This document shows positions 37,460 through 51,324 of a DNA stretch of 64,000 nucleotides, piece after piece. This DNA is from Styela clava (Eukaryota). A model generated the notes under the pieces. The model saw nothing but the letters and a program-made list of their open reading frames with translations, did no database searches and was not told the DNA's origin. Position 1 is the stretch's first letter. Each line of letters begins with the position of its first letter. The stretch is taken from the NCBI RefSeq assembly GCF_964204865.1, contig NC_135263.1:16864001-16928000 (forward strand), written 5' to 3'. A program made the position numbers and the translations under genes.

Positions 37460-39600
37460 TGAATATCATTCACGTGGAGTATAAACAATAGAGGACCCAG
37501 ATCAGAACCTTGTGGTACAACCATATTAACATTTTGTGACGTGAATCTCACATTACTACTCCATACGTGCGCTTATGTAATTTTTGATTAGCGAGAGGGA
37601 TTTACGTGTAATACCATAATGATGAAGTTTATACAATAATAACGAATAGACAGACCGTTCGGACCGAATGTTTTCCTTGAGTGCATTTAGTTTACAATGG
37701 AAATAATTTTGTATTCTAGTATAGGTTCCAGGTAAATTTAATTTTCCTAACGTTTGCCCTAATACTTCATCAAATTTAAAGTACTCTTTTCAAGCTTCGA
37801 TGTAAGATTAAGACCAACGTTTACAACATAAGTGTCAAATTTTTGGCAAATGGATTGAAGGCTGCATATGATGCCATAACGTGTCTCAATTTCGTGGCAA
37901 AATGTCGTATAATCTTCTAATAAGTGATTGTGTTAACGAGATTGTCTTTTTTGAGTCACCCTCTAGTTCTTTGAATTTTTCTCGGTTTATTTCTTAGTTC
38001 CAAAATCATTTTAGACATTTTTCATACGTATGAATGTTGGAGTTTTGTAATATTTTTGTTTTGTCGTTGGATACAAAATGACTTTTATATAAACGTTTAC
38101 GAGTCGAGATTGTTTTATTGATACCTATCGTGAAACATGGTTTCGAGGTTTCAATGTCCTACAAAAAGGAGTCAGGTTCGCACAAAATGGAAGTTGGATA
38201 TATTTCAATGATCGCACAAATTTGGTACCAGGGTTCTTTTTCAATCGCGTATCACGAACTATACACACTAGTATAGGTCATAGGAAGATGGCCAGAAATA
38301 TCATACCACAAGGCACATAACCCAACAATTGTAATTCATTTTCGTTGCTGTATATGTGATCAATTAATGTGCAAGAATTATTAGTGATTGGGGTAGGCGC
38401 TGATAATAACACTAGTAATGAATTTGACGGTGACATGTTTGAGTATTCTGAAACGAAAAAATCGGGAGTTTCGCACAAATTTTTGTTTGCCATAATTTTG
38501 TGCATCGACTCGCTGAACAAAGTCTAGACTTTTTTGCAGTCTTGCTTGCGATGTCTACATATATAAATTACTGCACAAATCACGTGTTTGCCATTGAATA
38601 GTTTGGCACTTATTCACAGTCAACAAGATTAAGCATATATTCATCAGTTCTGAAATATTCAACACAGTCTAGGCAATATACTATTTACTGAAATAGACCG
38701 GTGTGTTCATGTTTCTTATACGGCTATGATATCAGGAGGAAATTTAAATCGTCTAGAAGATAACCAAGTTTTTCTAAATTTTTACCAATCGATCTGATGT
38801 TCAAGTGTGTCATAGTTATATCATTTCGTGACTTTTTAGACCAGGGGTGTGCAAACTGCGGCCCGCGGGCCAAATACGGCCCGCAAGAAGAAGTTGTGCG
38901 TCCCGCGGAGAAATAACAATTTCGAATGGTGTACCCGCAAAACGAGTATTTATTCTTTTTCGTCGCAAAGCCCATACCAGTCATATTAGCAAAACAAGCT
39001 AGCAAAATTCTGTTGCAAAATACACGATTTATATTACAAAAACGTGTTTCTCACTGCATTCGTTTGAAGTCGGTGTGACAAAAAATTTAAATAGCAGTTT
39101 CTTCAGAAGTTTATGCGTTTTAAATCTACTATTTCTGCAAGAACCCCTAATAATGCCGTAAGATCAATCGCAAATATAGGCAATTTTTGTGCTTGCAACT
39201 ACCAGAAAGCCTAAATTAAATAAAGGTGCGGCCCGCGGCTTCACCCAGTTACTTGTATTTGGCCCGCCAATAAAAAAGGTTGCACACCCCTGTTTTAGAC
39301 TATCAACACCTATGTGCACAGGTGAATTTGATCTCCAGGCGGGGCGGGCATACACGAAAATATCAAGTTTGATAAACTGATCAATAGTAAAGCCTCAACA
39401 TTTGATATTTAACTATGAGTGACATAAGTCACAGTAAATTACACTGCGAAGGCAATCTTTTATACATAACTGACATCGAAATTTTGGAAGCATTTAATGC
39501 AAAACAGTTTACTCTCAGTGTGCTGGAATCAAGAATCTCATGGGCCATTTTCTGATTTCAACTCCTTTGTTGTATTTCCAAATGTTTGAAAAATGTCTCC
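37460..39600 (-). mobile_element. Degenerate CR1/L2-type LINE (endonuclease and RT fragments), interrupted by a hAT MITE
   Basis: Minus-strand fragments in the expected order: HLNIRSIGKN (APE start, ~38800), PTPITNNSCTLIDHIYSN (APE end, ~38380), VPQGSDLGPLLF (RT, ~37500). Many stops and frameshifts. Confidence 0.75.
38842..39292 (+). mobile_element. hAT MITE family C
   Basis: TIR CAGGGGTGTGCAA / TTGCACACCCCTG with a perfect 8-bp TSD TTTTAGAC. Confidence 0.9.
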
Positions 39601-40409
39601 GTTGTAGAACCATAAACTTTGGTATTCAATTTAATGTTTCTTCATTCTGGTTTGGTGCATGCGTCTTTTCATTCTCTTGGTTAGATTTTTCGTTTATGTA
39701 CAGAGATGACACGCCAGGAAAACCATCCAACTATCTCATCTCTTTGAAGGTTTTCTCACATTGTAAGAACTCATCCGGGTTGTTCCGACTTACAAACTTC
39801 ATCATAATTGGTTGTGACAAAGCACCTCGTTTTGGGTGACACTAATTCGGTTGACAGAGTAATTGCTATTGACCACTCCGTTATCGGACTGCCCAACTTT
39901 ATTATACACAGATATGTCGGATTTCTCAACGTTGATCTCAAGTAACCAAACAAGCCCGGCGCGAGTTCACTTCATACAGCCTTATGCAAAGCCTTCGTGA
40001 AGTGACAAACGCAATGGTTGAATGATAGCTAACTGACCTACTCATTTCTTTCCTTATTATTATTTAATTTAAAAAAAATGGCGTTTGAGATCTTGAGAAC
40101 TAACAACTTAAACAACACTCCCTGTTATGGCGATTGTCTTGGTCCATAAACTCTCCGAAGCATTTGAAACCAAGCAACTTGCTATTGGAATATCTCGTTT
40201 GACGTGCTTAGGTTTCATATGGCATTCACGAAAACCTAGTATAACTTACAGCTAATGTAGGACCAAGTTTTTTTATTTGCTTCCTTCGCGACAGGATGTG
40301 TATTGAAAAAAATTCAGTCTTCCATTTTGTTTGTTTAGTTTAGTTTAGACGATTGTTGAAAAATGAACACATGAATTCGAACCGATGGCATAGTTGTCAC
40401 ATTTTTGTC

Positions 40410-40610
40410 AATCATTAAATCGTTTTTCTCTGATCGCGAAATTCACGTGGTTCTTGATGGTCAGCCCTCCTGGACATACCTCATTTTTCATTGAGTTCCT
40501 CAGGGCTCAAATCTTACACCTATATTGTTTCTAATATTTATCAATGACCTTCCTGATAATCTTATTTGTACTTCACTCATTTATGCTGACAACACAACTT
40601 TTTATTTTTG
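40410..40610 (+). mobile_element. LINE reverse-transcriptase fragment
   Basis: Translation VPQGSNLTPILFLIFINDLP..LIYADNT, a degenerate version of the PQGS and YADD motifs. Confidence 0.75.
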
Positions 40611-41529
40611 TCTTGGTCCAACTGACCGTTACATGATTACCGATACAGCATCGATTTCATTGCCAGAGGAATTCTCAGACTAGTTATTCAAAATTTGTCT
40701 GGTTGGGCTGAGTACCATATTTCCTATTTCTTTTATTGTGTATTCACATTGTGTGCTTTGGAATGGTGAAAAAATAAATTACTGATTACTGACCATCTGT
40801 AAGAATTGGAGTTGGAATAGATACAACGTCGGCGGTTTGGAAGCATCAATAAAAGAAAGTTGGATCTTATTACCGTCATTGACGATATTTGTCCTATTGC
40901 TGTAATATTTGTGCTGGTGCTTCTGGGACGTACTAAGTCTAGAGACCAATTTTAAGAAGAATATTTAATTTGATTGGGGGTCTGAACTGCAAACTTTTTC
41001 CCGTCTACAAAATGATGCGTCGCTGTGCATATTTTGCAGATACCTAATGGACTGTATTTCTCTGATCTCTCGGCACTTGACAAGCTAAAAGAGTTTTCAG
41101 TCGTTGAACTCGGTTGGCTGTGAGGCTCTCAACTGTTTAGTGTCAGTGCACCTACCAGACAAAACAAAATATGATGCCCAAAGCCCAAAAACTTCATTTA
41201 TGTGCAATTTACTACCTCATAGCTGCTTTGTATTGACGCGAACTGCTATAAGTGTCGCGTCAGTCGGCATCTACTATCACGCAAATCTTCACAATAATTC
41301 TTCATAGTCTCAGTAGCTGTTGGCTCTAGTGGTCGCCCGTAGCTTCACTCAGAGATCAAACTACTTTATTGTGACCTTGCTTTGAGAAAATTTCTCTGAA
41401 AACCCTCCGATATACAGTAAACCAACTTTTTTTTAAAACTAGCAAAATTTACATATTTATATCGACACCTACCCTAGCAGATACATTAGTAAAATAAATC
41501 TTTATTGATTCAAGAGAGCAAAGGTGAAA

Positions 41530-41873
41530 TTTATGGACACGAAAGTTCAATAACTAATCGCATTAGCGGTGGCCTACGCGACTCATACGGAAATGTGTCT
41601 GCTCAGTAGCAAAATCATAAACGTAGAGCCCGAAGGAATGAAACGATGTTCCCGTGAATAAAAATAAGATAGCGAAATTTTGGATGAAATATCGGATCTC
41701 AAAGGATCCATACGAAATTTGGGAACAACAATCTTTAACCACTGAAAATTTCGAAGCAATTTATCCGGTGACTAAGGAGAAAAGCGATTTTTCATAGCAA
41801 AAAAAAAAAAATACTAACAACAAGAACAACTTAATAACAAAACGATCCATAGGTCCATTTAGTGTCCAATAAT
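41530..41873 (+). repeat. Dispersed repeat family D (MITE-like)
   Basis: Termini TTATGGACAC / GTGTCCAATAA. Similar to the reverse complement of 3200-3480. Confidence 0.65.
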
Positions 41874-43189
41874 CACTATTTCAGCAACGTGGAGTACTTT
41901 CGTTGGGCGACGCGTGAATCGCATTTATTGAAAGGAGTGTGGAATTGAATATATGTAAATAATTGATTATGTTTTTCACTCGTTAAACTTATATGTATGT
42001 AACATATATGTATTCAAAGTGTTCGTGCTCTTGATTTTTTGGAACCTATACCTTCAGAATTTTAACTTGAACAGTTTTTCGATTTAGAAATCGTATCATA
42101 ATATTCTATTATATACATTGAGCAAATATATTAAAACCGTCACGCTCGCTATAAAATCAACGATTGGTATCAAACTAAACGATTTCACGAAAATCAAACA
42201 GAAGATTTACGGAGAGAATAACAACGTAAAATATCTTTTGGAAGTATGGTTTATAGAATTTGAGTATATAAGAAACGATTCGTTGTCAGCTCCGAAACGA
42301 CATAAGAAAACAAACTAGGGTGATTCAAGGGGAGGTGAATGTGCGGTACGGTCCTTCAGAGAGTGTTTCCTTTTTGTATGGAGTATACGAGTGGAAAGCC
42401 ATGACGATTGAAATTGAAGGGCGAGGCACGACCAAACGTTAATAGAGTGGAACCTTTTGTTATAGGCCACTTGAATAGTACGGGAGTGCAGAGAAAAATC
42501 AAAAGCGCCTTAATAATACTAAATCTACAATACAAAAAGAATTGACGCAGCCCAGGTTTTTGAAAGGCAGGGTAAACCCTCTCGTTAAAATCGCTCTCGC
42601 ACACACATGCTATTTGGTTGGTTGTTCGTGGTATTTTCTTTTTGTGTTTGAGTAAAACCGATGTCAAAACACTAGACAGGTAAAAGGAACTTGGAATAGT
42701 TTAAAATAGATTTTCTTTTTCTCAGATTGTAATTCTAGACTAAGACTTCCAGCACTGAGGAGTCGGGTGGCGTTCGCGAATAAATCATTTCAAAAGATTC
42801 GTAAGTATCTTCTTCATATTTTAATTATATTTTTACATTTCAATTAGTATCAATTAAAAACATATTAATTAACATGTTTCAAATGCCTCACACCTAATGT
42901 GGTATTTATCTCTAAACTCGTGTTTTTAGGATTTCCAATTGTAATCTCAAATTTTAGGCATATTTGGTTGCTAAAATATATTTAAACTTCAGATGTATTA
43001 TATATATATATATATGAATTCATGATTTTTAGCGTTTTCATTTTGCCTAGAATAATGCGGCTAATGGCAGAATATATTTCCATCTTTGTGCAATACGCAA
43101 TATATATAACAAAATATTTTATTTCAGAAGTCGGAGCTCAATTTATTCTACAGTTTGAAACTTCACATCTTATAAAATTTTCAACGAAC

Positions 43190-46100
43190 ATGACGACCTT
43201 TCAAGTTCAGGGAATGCCGACACAAGCTCATAACATGATGCTTGTTAATTCTAGATGTGGAAATATTCCACTTCGTCAAGAATATTTTCGTTGTAATTCA
43301 ACGTCTTCTGCGTCAGATAGTCGCAGTGTAAGTAGTGAAGATGAAATTATTAATGTTACAGATGATAATGATGAAGTTTTTCGGGATTCTCCGGTTCCAT
43401 CTATTGAACTTAACAAGACAACTGAAGAGCAAGATAAGGTTAGTAAAGGACAAAACATCACTAGTTTTCTTCATAGTTTGAACGGCGCTCCCGAAGTATG
43501 TGCACCAAGATGGCGCACAACCTGAATCCTAACCTGGGTACACATACTATGTTCTTTTTGTGCGCCATCTTGGTGCACATAATTCTGGAGGTCCGTTTGA
43601 ACTTCTAATTCCCAAAATATACCACATCTTTGTTGGTTAGCAAAACAAAGTTCCTATCAATATAGCGGAATATTGTGTATCGTAAATCCTCGCACTACAA
43701 CTATACTTGTGTTATAGTAAAGCATGGCGTTTAAGCAGGGTTTCTAGTGTTTTTAGACGGGTTTTCACTGTTTTTAAGCGTTTTAGCAGGGTTTGTTTTT
43801 CTTCGACGTCTTTGGTTTTGACTTGATGATTACTGTTATTTATAACTTTGAGCTGCATCATTTATGATTTTAGTATTAAAATACACAACTATTCTGGTCA
43901 CGCTTATGTAAAGAATTGTGAAATAGTTGATAAAGCCATGTCGGTACTCGTCGCTTTGTGAAGAGGTTCTCATATAAATAACAATTGATATCATGCAACT
44001 CTGACCAAATTATGGCACACAATGAAGCAACTTTATCTCGCTAAAACAGCCATACTTTTTCTGATATAAAATGAACGAATTAGCAAAAATGCTGCGCTAT
44101 ATAAAAGACTTATATTGAGGGCTTTATGCTAAAACGACAAAACATGAAAATGCTGCCTTGAGTAAATGAGTAAAAATACAATTTTGGGTTTTAAATTCTT
44201 GTAACTTTTTATTGAAATACTTCGTTAAATATTTTGCTTCAAAGTAGACGCAATTTATTTTTTGATTAGCACTTTCGAAATTTCAACATTCGCCCATTGT
44301 CTTGGAACTCTCGATATATACATCCACTTTGAATATGCATGCCACGCCTGGCAGTGTTTTTTATTATTGTCTAAAATACTATTTTCGGTTACATTTCGTT
44401 TAAAATGAGTGCAATGTTTATGCCAAACCGCTGAGATTGGGAATTGACTGCCATCGAATTTTTGTGGAATTAAAAAAGTAACTCGCGTGACAAGGGGTTT
44501 TTCCATCTTTCCTCGATGAATGACTTCAATATTAGTATAAAGGCGTTGGAGTGTTTGCCACGCAGAAATTGTTTGTGTGAAGATAAAAGGCGTTGTTCAA
44601 TCTTTTCTTTGATATAAATTCTTTAGAATAAATATTAATTAATAACTTCTATACATAATATTACTAAATTCTAAAAATAGTTTGGTTTCACCTTCGTATA
44701 TTTTTTTCTCGCAATAACAGGAAATAAATACAAAAAATCATTGGCTTCTGTGTAATTTTATACGTCAGTATAATTATTGTTCATAATCAACACGGACATG
44801 ATATTAACAAAAATAAAGTATTAAAATGCTACACCCCCATCGCAATAAATTTACCTTGAATATGTATTTATAAACATGTCAATATACTATTATTTTTGGT
44901 CCACTGTTATAGAAACACTGAAATGGTAAAAAATATGTCATTGGAACATTTAAAATTCTTCTCGATAATTTGTTTTATTTCATTATGTAGTTATTGTACC
45001 GTGAAAAGATCAATGTAATGAAATATATTTGTACGCGAGATAATGTGAGATTAAAAAGGCTGTTAGGGAACATGGAATACTCACACTTGACGCTATATTA
45101 TTACACGAAATTTGATACTTTATTTCAATTTAATAAAATTTTATTTTATCCTATTTTTATAATCATAATTGGCCACTCAATTTACCATCGCTATATTTAC
45201 CATAGTAAAGAAAATCTAATTGATAATATTTTCCTATTTTGTGGTTTATCAAAAATTCGAAACTATCTGTTATGTTGGATATGTTGTTTACGTTGAAGCC
45301 GATATGGAAGCGAATAAAAAATCCTTTGAATCGACAATAAAAACAGGGTGTTGTAAGAGACGCCACGTTGCCGTCTGTGTGCGTCACTGCGTCCATGAGG
45401 TCAAAAATTTGCTTCAAGATCAAGGTCGGTTTTATGCGACAAGATGGGAACGGTGTTTGATGTCTCTTACAGCTATTTTCAAAGTAAACATTATTTTATT
45501 GGTGTTTACTATTTTAACTCTGAAGCGTTGAAACTTTAAAACGTTTGAAATATGCACTAGGCAAATTGTAAACATTGAAGGATTTTTGCAACAACGTTGA
45601 ATAGAAACCGTGAAAATCGAGATAATCTAAGCCATTCAACGTAAATTCCGCTTAAAATATGGAACTAAAAAGCTTGTATAATATCGATATCGGAATAACA
45701 AAACTTCCAATTCTCCCAATTTTGATAACGGACTACTTGTAGAATTTAATTTGTGCTGCTATGCGGGGGCGACGCGGAAAGAATACCAGATGGGGTTCAC
45801 GTAATCGCGTGTTATAAATGTGAATGTATATCCCCCAATTTTTTCGCTTATTGCGTAATATATAGTGGTGCGTTATAACCGGGAAAAAATTACCAATATT
45901 AGAGATTTGAAATGTCAATAAAACTCTGACGCTAATTATTGTCACGCGATCTGTTATTCTATTCCTAGACAGTTTGGCGAATAACTGTTTATGTTTATAT
46001 GGAAGGGAACGTCGAAAGATATTTGTCCATGCATTCATAACCATTTCAGTTTACTGATATAATTATTGCCTGGCCAGACGTAGAATTGGCATAATCAAAG

Positions 46101-48788
46101 TTTAAATAGCGTGACTCATCACTATCCCATGCTTTGCTAAGCGTAGAAAAACAACATACCCATGGACGACTGAAGAGAGCCCTTAACAAAAGACGTTACC
46201 TTGACAACGCAAATGGATTCTATTGTCAAGCGTAAAACCGTACGATGAGTTTAAATATTGATTTTTAGAAACGAAAGTATAAAATAAAACCGTGAATCCT
46301 GGTTAACTGATCTCTTTATTTATCATTCTATGTAAGTCAGGATTTAAAAACACAATCAAGTGGGATGACGATCAGTCGAGCAATGATGATAATTCATTCT
46401 TGCGCCATTTTGAAGAAACGTTCAAATTTTTTCACGATTTGAGTAAAACGAAAAACACATTTGAATCGATTGATAGTATCGTCCCCAAAAATTGACATTT
46501 GCATTCTGCAATGAACACATTTTACTTAAAACAAAACAGCAGTCATAAAATCGCGTCAAATTTTTTTTTAAAATATTTTAAACTGAAATAAATAAATCAA
46601 ATGATCTTTCAACCCATAACTTATTCTGTTTTCTTTTTGACTCAAAATGTTTATTAGATGCCTAAATGTTAAATTTATCCCATTTGTTACTTAAAAAAAT
46701 TCATGTTTTTTCAGAACTTGAACGGTGATTTTTACAATGAAGAAAGAAAAAATATTCCAGAGAGTGGAAGTGCGTATCATCGACGGCCAAAACCGCCTTA
46801 TTCTTATATTGCTCTCATTGCAATGGCGATACGTGATTCTCAAACAGGTATACCTTTAAAAAAAGTGATATCACCATACGCTATAGAAAAATATATTTCG
46901 GTAGTAACCTATGGCGGAATAACCAATGGCCTACTTCGGTGTATGTTTCAGTCAATGTTGCAGATTTACACACTCATTCTGAAATTTGTTCAAGACTGAC
47001 CACAATCGATCCACGTGCTATTGATTTTACCAAACGTCTAGCCATATTTTACGTTTTAGGATAAATCACATTCATAGATTTTTCACAATAGATTTTTATA
47101 TGAATTCAACAAAGCTTTTGGTATTGTTTTTTTACTATGTGAAACTCTTTTAGTAAAGACTGATATCGCGTGCGAATGGTCTGTTTTCGTGGTTTTATTT
47201 GGGTATTTATAACTGCAATTAAAGTTTGAACAGTACTCGTGCAAATAATAAAGAATATTCACGATGACAGAATGAATAAACATCGAACCATTCCACGGGT
47301 TGTATTCTTTGAAACTTCTCACGAATCGGAACATAAACGAAATATCTTTTTATGATAAAAAATGCTAATATTTGTGCTGCGGAAATTTATAGAAGTTTTA
47401 GTAATTTGATCAGCAGTGTCAATTACCTTTCGAATCTATGAGGTTACATTCGAACATTATTTATGAAGATGTCAAAATTTCGATCCTTCTCAAATCGTTC
47501 TGAAATTTGGATTAGATGTTTGGATGTTCTCATTGCTAAATTATGCTCAAAATATGAGTACTGTAATTAGTAATGTCGAAGAAATTCAGTTTGATTAAAA
47601 TTCTAAACTGAAGCTATTTGAAAAGACTGATTTCCATGAATTTTGATATTTTACATTTTTTCTATATTACTTGTTTTTTTTTCCAGTAAAGTTAAGATTT
47701 GTGCCTAATCCCTCGTAGTAAAATTTGTGTTATATCATAATTAAAATGGTGAAGGAACAATTTCTGTAATTTTGAAATAACTCGAAGTCAAAGCACCCCA
47801 TGTCAATAACTGAATAATTATTCTCAAAACCGACATGAGCTGATGAGAGGAGGTCGTAGTTCAATATATGAGTAAGCCATCTTATCGACTTTTTTCTTCT
47901 CTAAGATATAAAAATCCGAAATCAAAATAGAAAATTGCATGTAATAATTGTTGCATTAGGATGGTAAATATGAATTACTATGAAAGTAGGAATGAAAAAA
48001 AAAATAAAGATCATATATATATATATATATGTTTAGGAAAACTAACACTGGCAGAAATTAACGACTACCTGATGAAGAAATTCCCTTTCTTCCGTGGAAC
48101 ATACAAAGGATGGCGTAATTCAGTACGACACAACTTGTCATTAAACGAATGCTTTAAGAAAATCTTGCGGGATCCATCACGACCTTGGGGAAAAGATAAT
48201 TACTGGACCATCAACCCGACAAGCGAGTACACATTTGCAGGAGGAGTCTTTCGCAGAAGGAGAAAACGCATTGCACGACGAAGCGGAAGTGGTGGATACT
48301 TGCACCATTCAGATACAGATGAGGTTCAACCACCATGTGTACCAGTAAGCACACAACATCCACTTGCTGTGAGTATGTGTCATGCTTATACAAATGGACA
48401 TCCACAATTTGCTAAAATACCGGAACAGAAAAAAGAAACACAGACGAATAAAGATGATTCATCTAAAAGTTTCACAATTGAGAGCATTCTGAATCGTAAA
48501 TGCACCAAACGCGAAGACATTTCTCCGCCACCCGTAGACTCGAGAATTAACATTAGTTCTTTGCCGTATTATCCTCTTTATTATTTCGCCGAAATGCCTT
48601 TTCTCGCACCGATGACCGCAGAAGGACTCAAGAAATCTCATTGCGTGCCAACGCAACTTTACGGTCAATATAGTCCGGACATCCGAGCACTGCCAAATGC
48701 TTTTGTTCCCAATTACTGGCATCCCATACCGGAACATCCAAAATTATCGCTGCCAACTGTACTCGGAAGCAAGCTTCTGTTGGTATAA
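43190..48788 (+). CDS. FOXQ1: Forkhead box Q1 transcription factor, about 377 aa
   Basis: Exons 43190-43438, 46715-46847 and 48037-48788 (intron phases 0 and 1). Forkhead domain [55 protein letters not shown] carries the FoxQ1-diagnostic RDPSRPWGKDNYW and TFAGGVFRRRRKR. eh1 motif SFTIESIL. Exon 1 assignment is less certain than exons 2-3. Confidence 0.93.
43480..43598. mobile_element. Palindromic MITE family A (short form) in FoxQ1 intron 1
   Basis: Inverted arms TATGTGCACCAAGATGGCGCACAA / TTGTGCGCCATCTTGGTGCACATA. Near-identical to 61652-61767. Confidence 0.85.
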
Positions 48789-50651
48789 ATGGTCTGATGC
48801 TATCATTAAGAGAATTTGTCAATCACAAACGATTACATTTAGACTGTGACTAAAATCATATTAATATTTCGAAACACAAGAATGATAGAATACTTTAGAT
48901 AGAATTCCAAAGCTGATAATGAATAAAAATCTTTGTCCGGTGAGATATCCGGAAATTCTAGTAGAATGAAAATTTGATATCTCGGTCCACGAATCAGTTT
49001 TTGAAAAACGCTTACCCGCACGCGCTTACTCACTAACAATCGGTTCCGTATAAGTTTTTATCTTACACAATCGGAAGATGGGTATTTATATCAAGGATTT
49101 TTGATAAATAAACTTGGCACGGTATACTATATAAGATACCATGCTTTGAATAATACTTGTTTACCTGACGCGGCGTTTTTTAGCGCCGAGCTTTTCATAT
49201 TTTTATTTTTTTTATTAGACTTTCTTTTTTTGAATTATTAAAAATTGTTAATACAAAATCATTACGACATGTAATTAGGCCTGTAATGGCAAAATAAGTT
49301 AATTATAAACACGTTTCATAGTTTTTATTATTCATTGCATATTGACTTTCTGACAAACTGTTAATGAAAATACAGTTAAATTTTATATATATATGTTTTC
49401 TCAATTTTAGTTTTGTATTAGAGATTAAAACACTTTATAGTAATTAAATTGTATAGTTTTCGTGGTATGTAGATATTGTAGAAGTGTAAAACACTGTTTT
49501 AACAAGTTAAATATTGAAAGCCCACTTTTGGAAGTTAACGAACCTTCGTGGTTTGAATGCTGGATAACGTTTTCAGCGAAATGTGTTTCTAAACTGTTTC
49601 ATAGATATTTTGATAAACGTACTTTCAAAACCTATCAAATTTTATTTTTAGTTTTCAAAGTTTTGAAACTTGCCCTTCATTTTTATTCTTGTGGATGTGG
49701 TGTTTAGATTATTTTGACTATTATCATGCTTGCCTGTGATTGTATCTGTTTTAAACTGATATAACATTTTACTTCAGTGGTTGAGCATGATCCGATGATA
49801 AAAATTGCGTTTGGTATTCCTGTTGTAAATTTTTCGCTCTGAATACTCACTAATTTCTATAGATTCTTTCATATATGATTTGTAGACATCCGTATTGGCT
49901 GAATTGTAAATTTCCTATATATCACGTTAGATCTTGTTCAGATAATTTTAGTAATTGACGACGTGCGAGCACAAAATTTGCAAGCATATAGTAGTATTAA
50001 ATCTACAAAATGAGTAATGTAACCTGACTTTTATGGCGAATTAGTTGACAATCGCCTTTTGTGAGCTATTCGACACAGAATGCAGGTTAATCTTCCTTGT
50101 TGTTTGTAGCAACCTAGCCAAAAATATTTTGGTCAACTATGCGTTATAGATAAAACACCTATTCAATGCGTTTTATCAATATCTCATAGCACAAAAAATA
50201 ATTTTGGCAGGCCACGTGTAGGTATTTTTCTATGCAATTTTCCAAGTAACGACTGTGCGCTTCTTGAATTTGCACACATTTTTTTTGCAATCAGCAAATC
50301 ACGCTTAATGTTAACGTAACACAAATCAGAGGCGGGAGCATTTGGATTTTAAACGATGCCCGATTTTGGCAGAAAATAATACATAATATGACTTCGTTTG
50401 GAAATAACTTTCCAGAGGGTTTTAGATATTTTATTTTCAATAAAATTACTTCCTTTCATTGTATTGCAGTCTTTTCAATTTCAACCATATGTATTCGTCA
50501 CAGGTCCGTATCGACTTATCAATACCCACATGGCTTTTACTTTATTGATAGGTTGCTGATTCAATGAAGTCGATCGACAGTTTAGATTTGAGAGAAAATA
50601 GTATTAGCCAAGTACCATCTACCTAGCAATAGATAGAGCTGAAAGTTACGC

Positions 50652-50674
50652 ATGTATGTATGTATGTATGTATG
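50652..50674. repeat. (ATGT)n microsatellite
   Basis: ATGT repeated five to six times. Confidence 0.8.
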
Positions 50675-51324
50675 CTGGGTCAGATGAAAATAAAAGGTCA
50701 GAGAAATAGTAAGATAGCTAACAAAGCTGAAGTTTTGTGTCATCTGCCTTGAAATATTCAAACAAAATTTCTCATAACAAATTCAAATGTAACTTGCAAT
50801 TTGCGTTCACCTTTATAACTATATTCAGCGATGACACGAGAAGTTTAATTCCTTTCATGACTGAATATTATTATATATATATTTCATGGCCACAAAGTCA
50901 TGATAACAGGAGAAATGAGTAAACATTGTAAGTTGTATTGTAGCCCATGTTAGGGTTTGTATAATAAGCAGCCAGTGATTTCAGTAGCGAAACTATGGCT
51001 GCTGTGTCATATTAATTACCTGATAATATTAACATGAAAGATATATATTATATGAATACTCAAACGTTATTATATAAGTTATACTAGAAGAATACTTGGG
51101 CCTTTTATACTTGAAAAATATCTGAGTAAAATATTAAATGAGTGAACCAAAATATTCCATCATTCAATCTGGCTCAAAAACTCAGTCCGGAGCTCGGTAA
51201 GTCGTATTTATTGCCTTCGAGAGAAGGTGCACTATTGTGTTGCATTTTAAAACTAAATGCAATTTATGCACATATTTTTTTAGAAGTCTGTAAATGAAAG
51301 CCCGTCGTTTGAACTATATTGACA

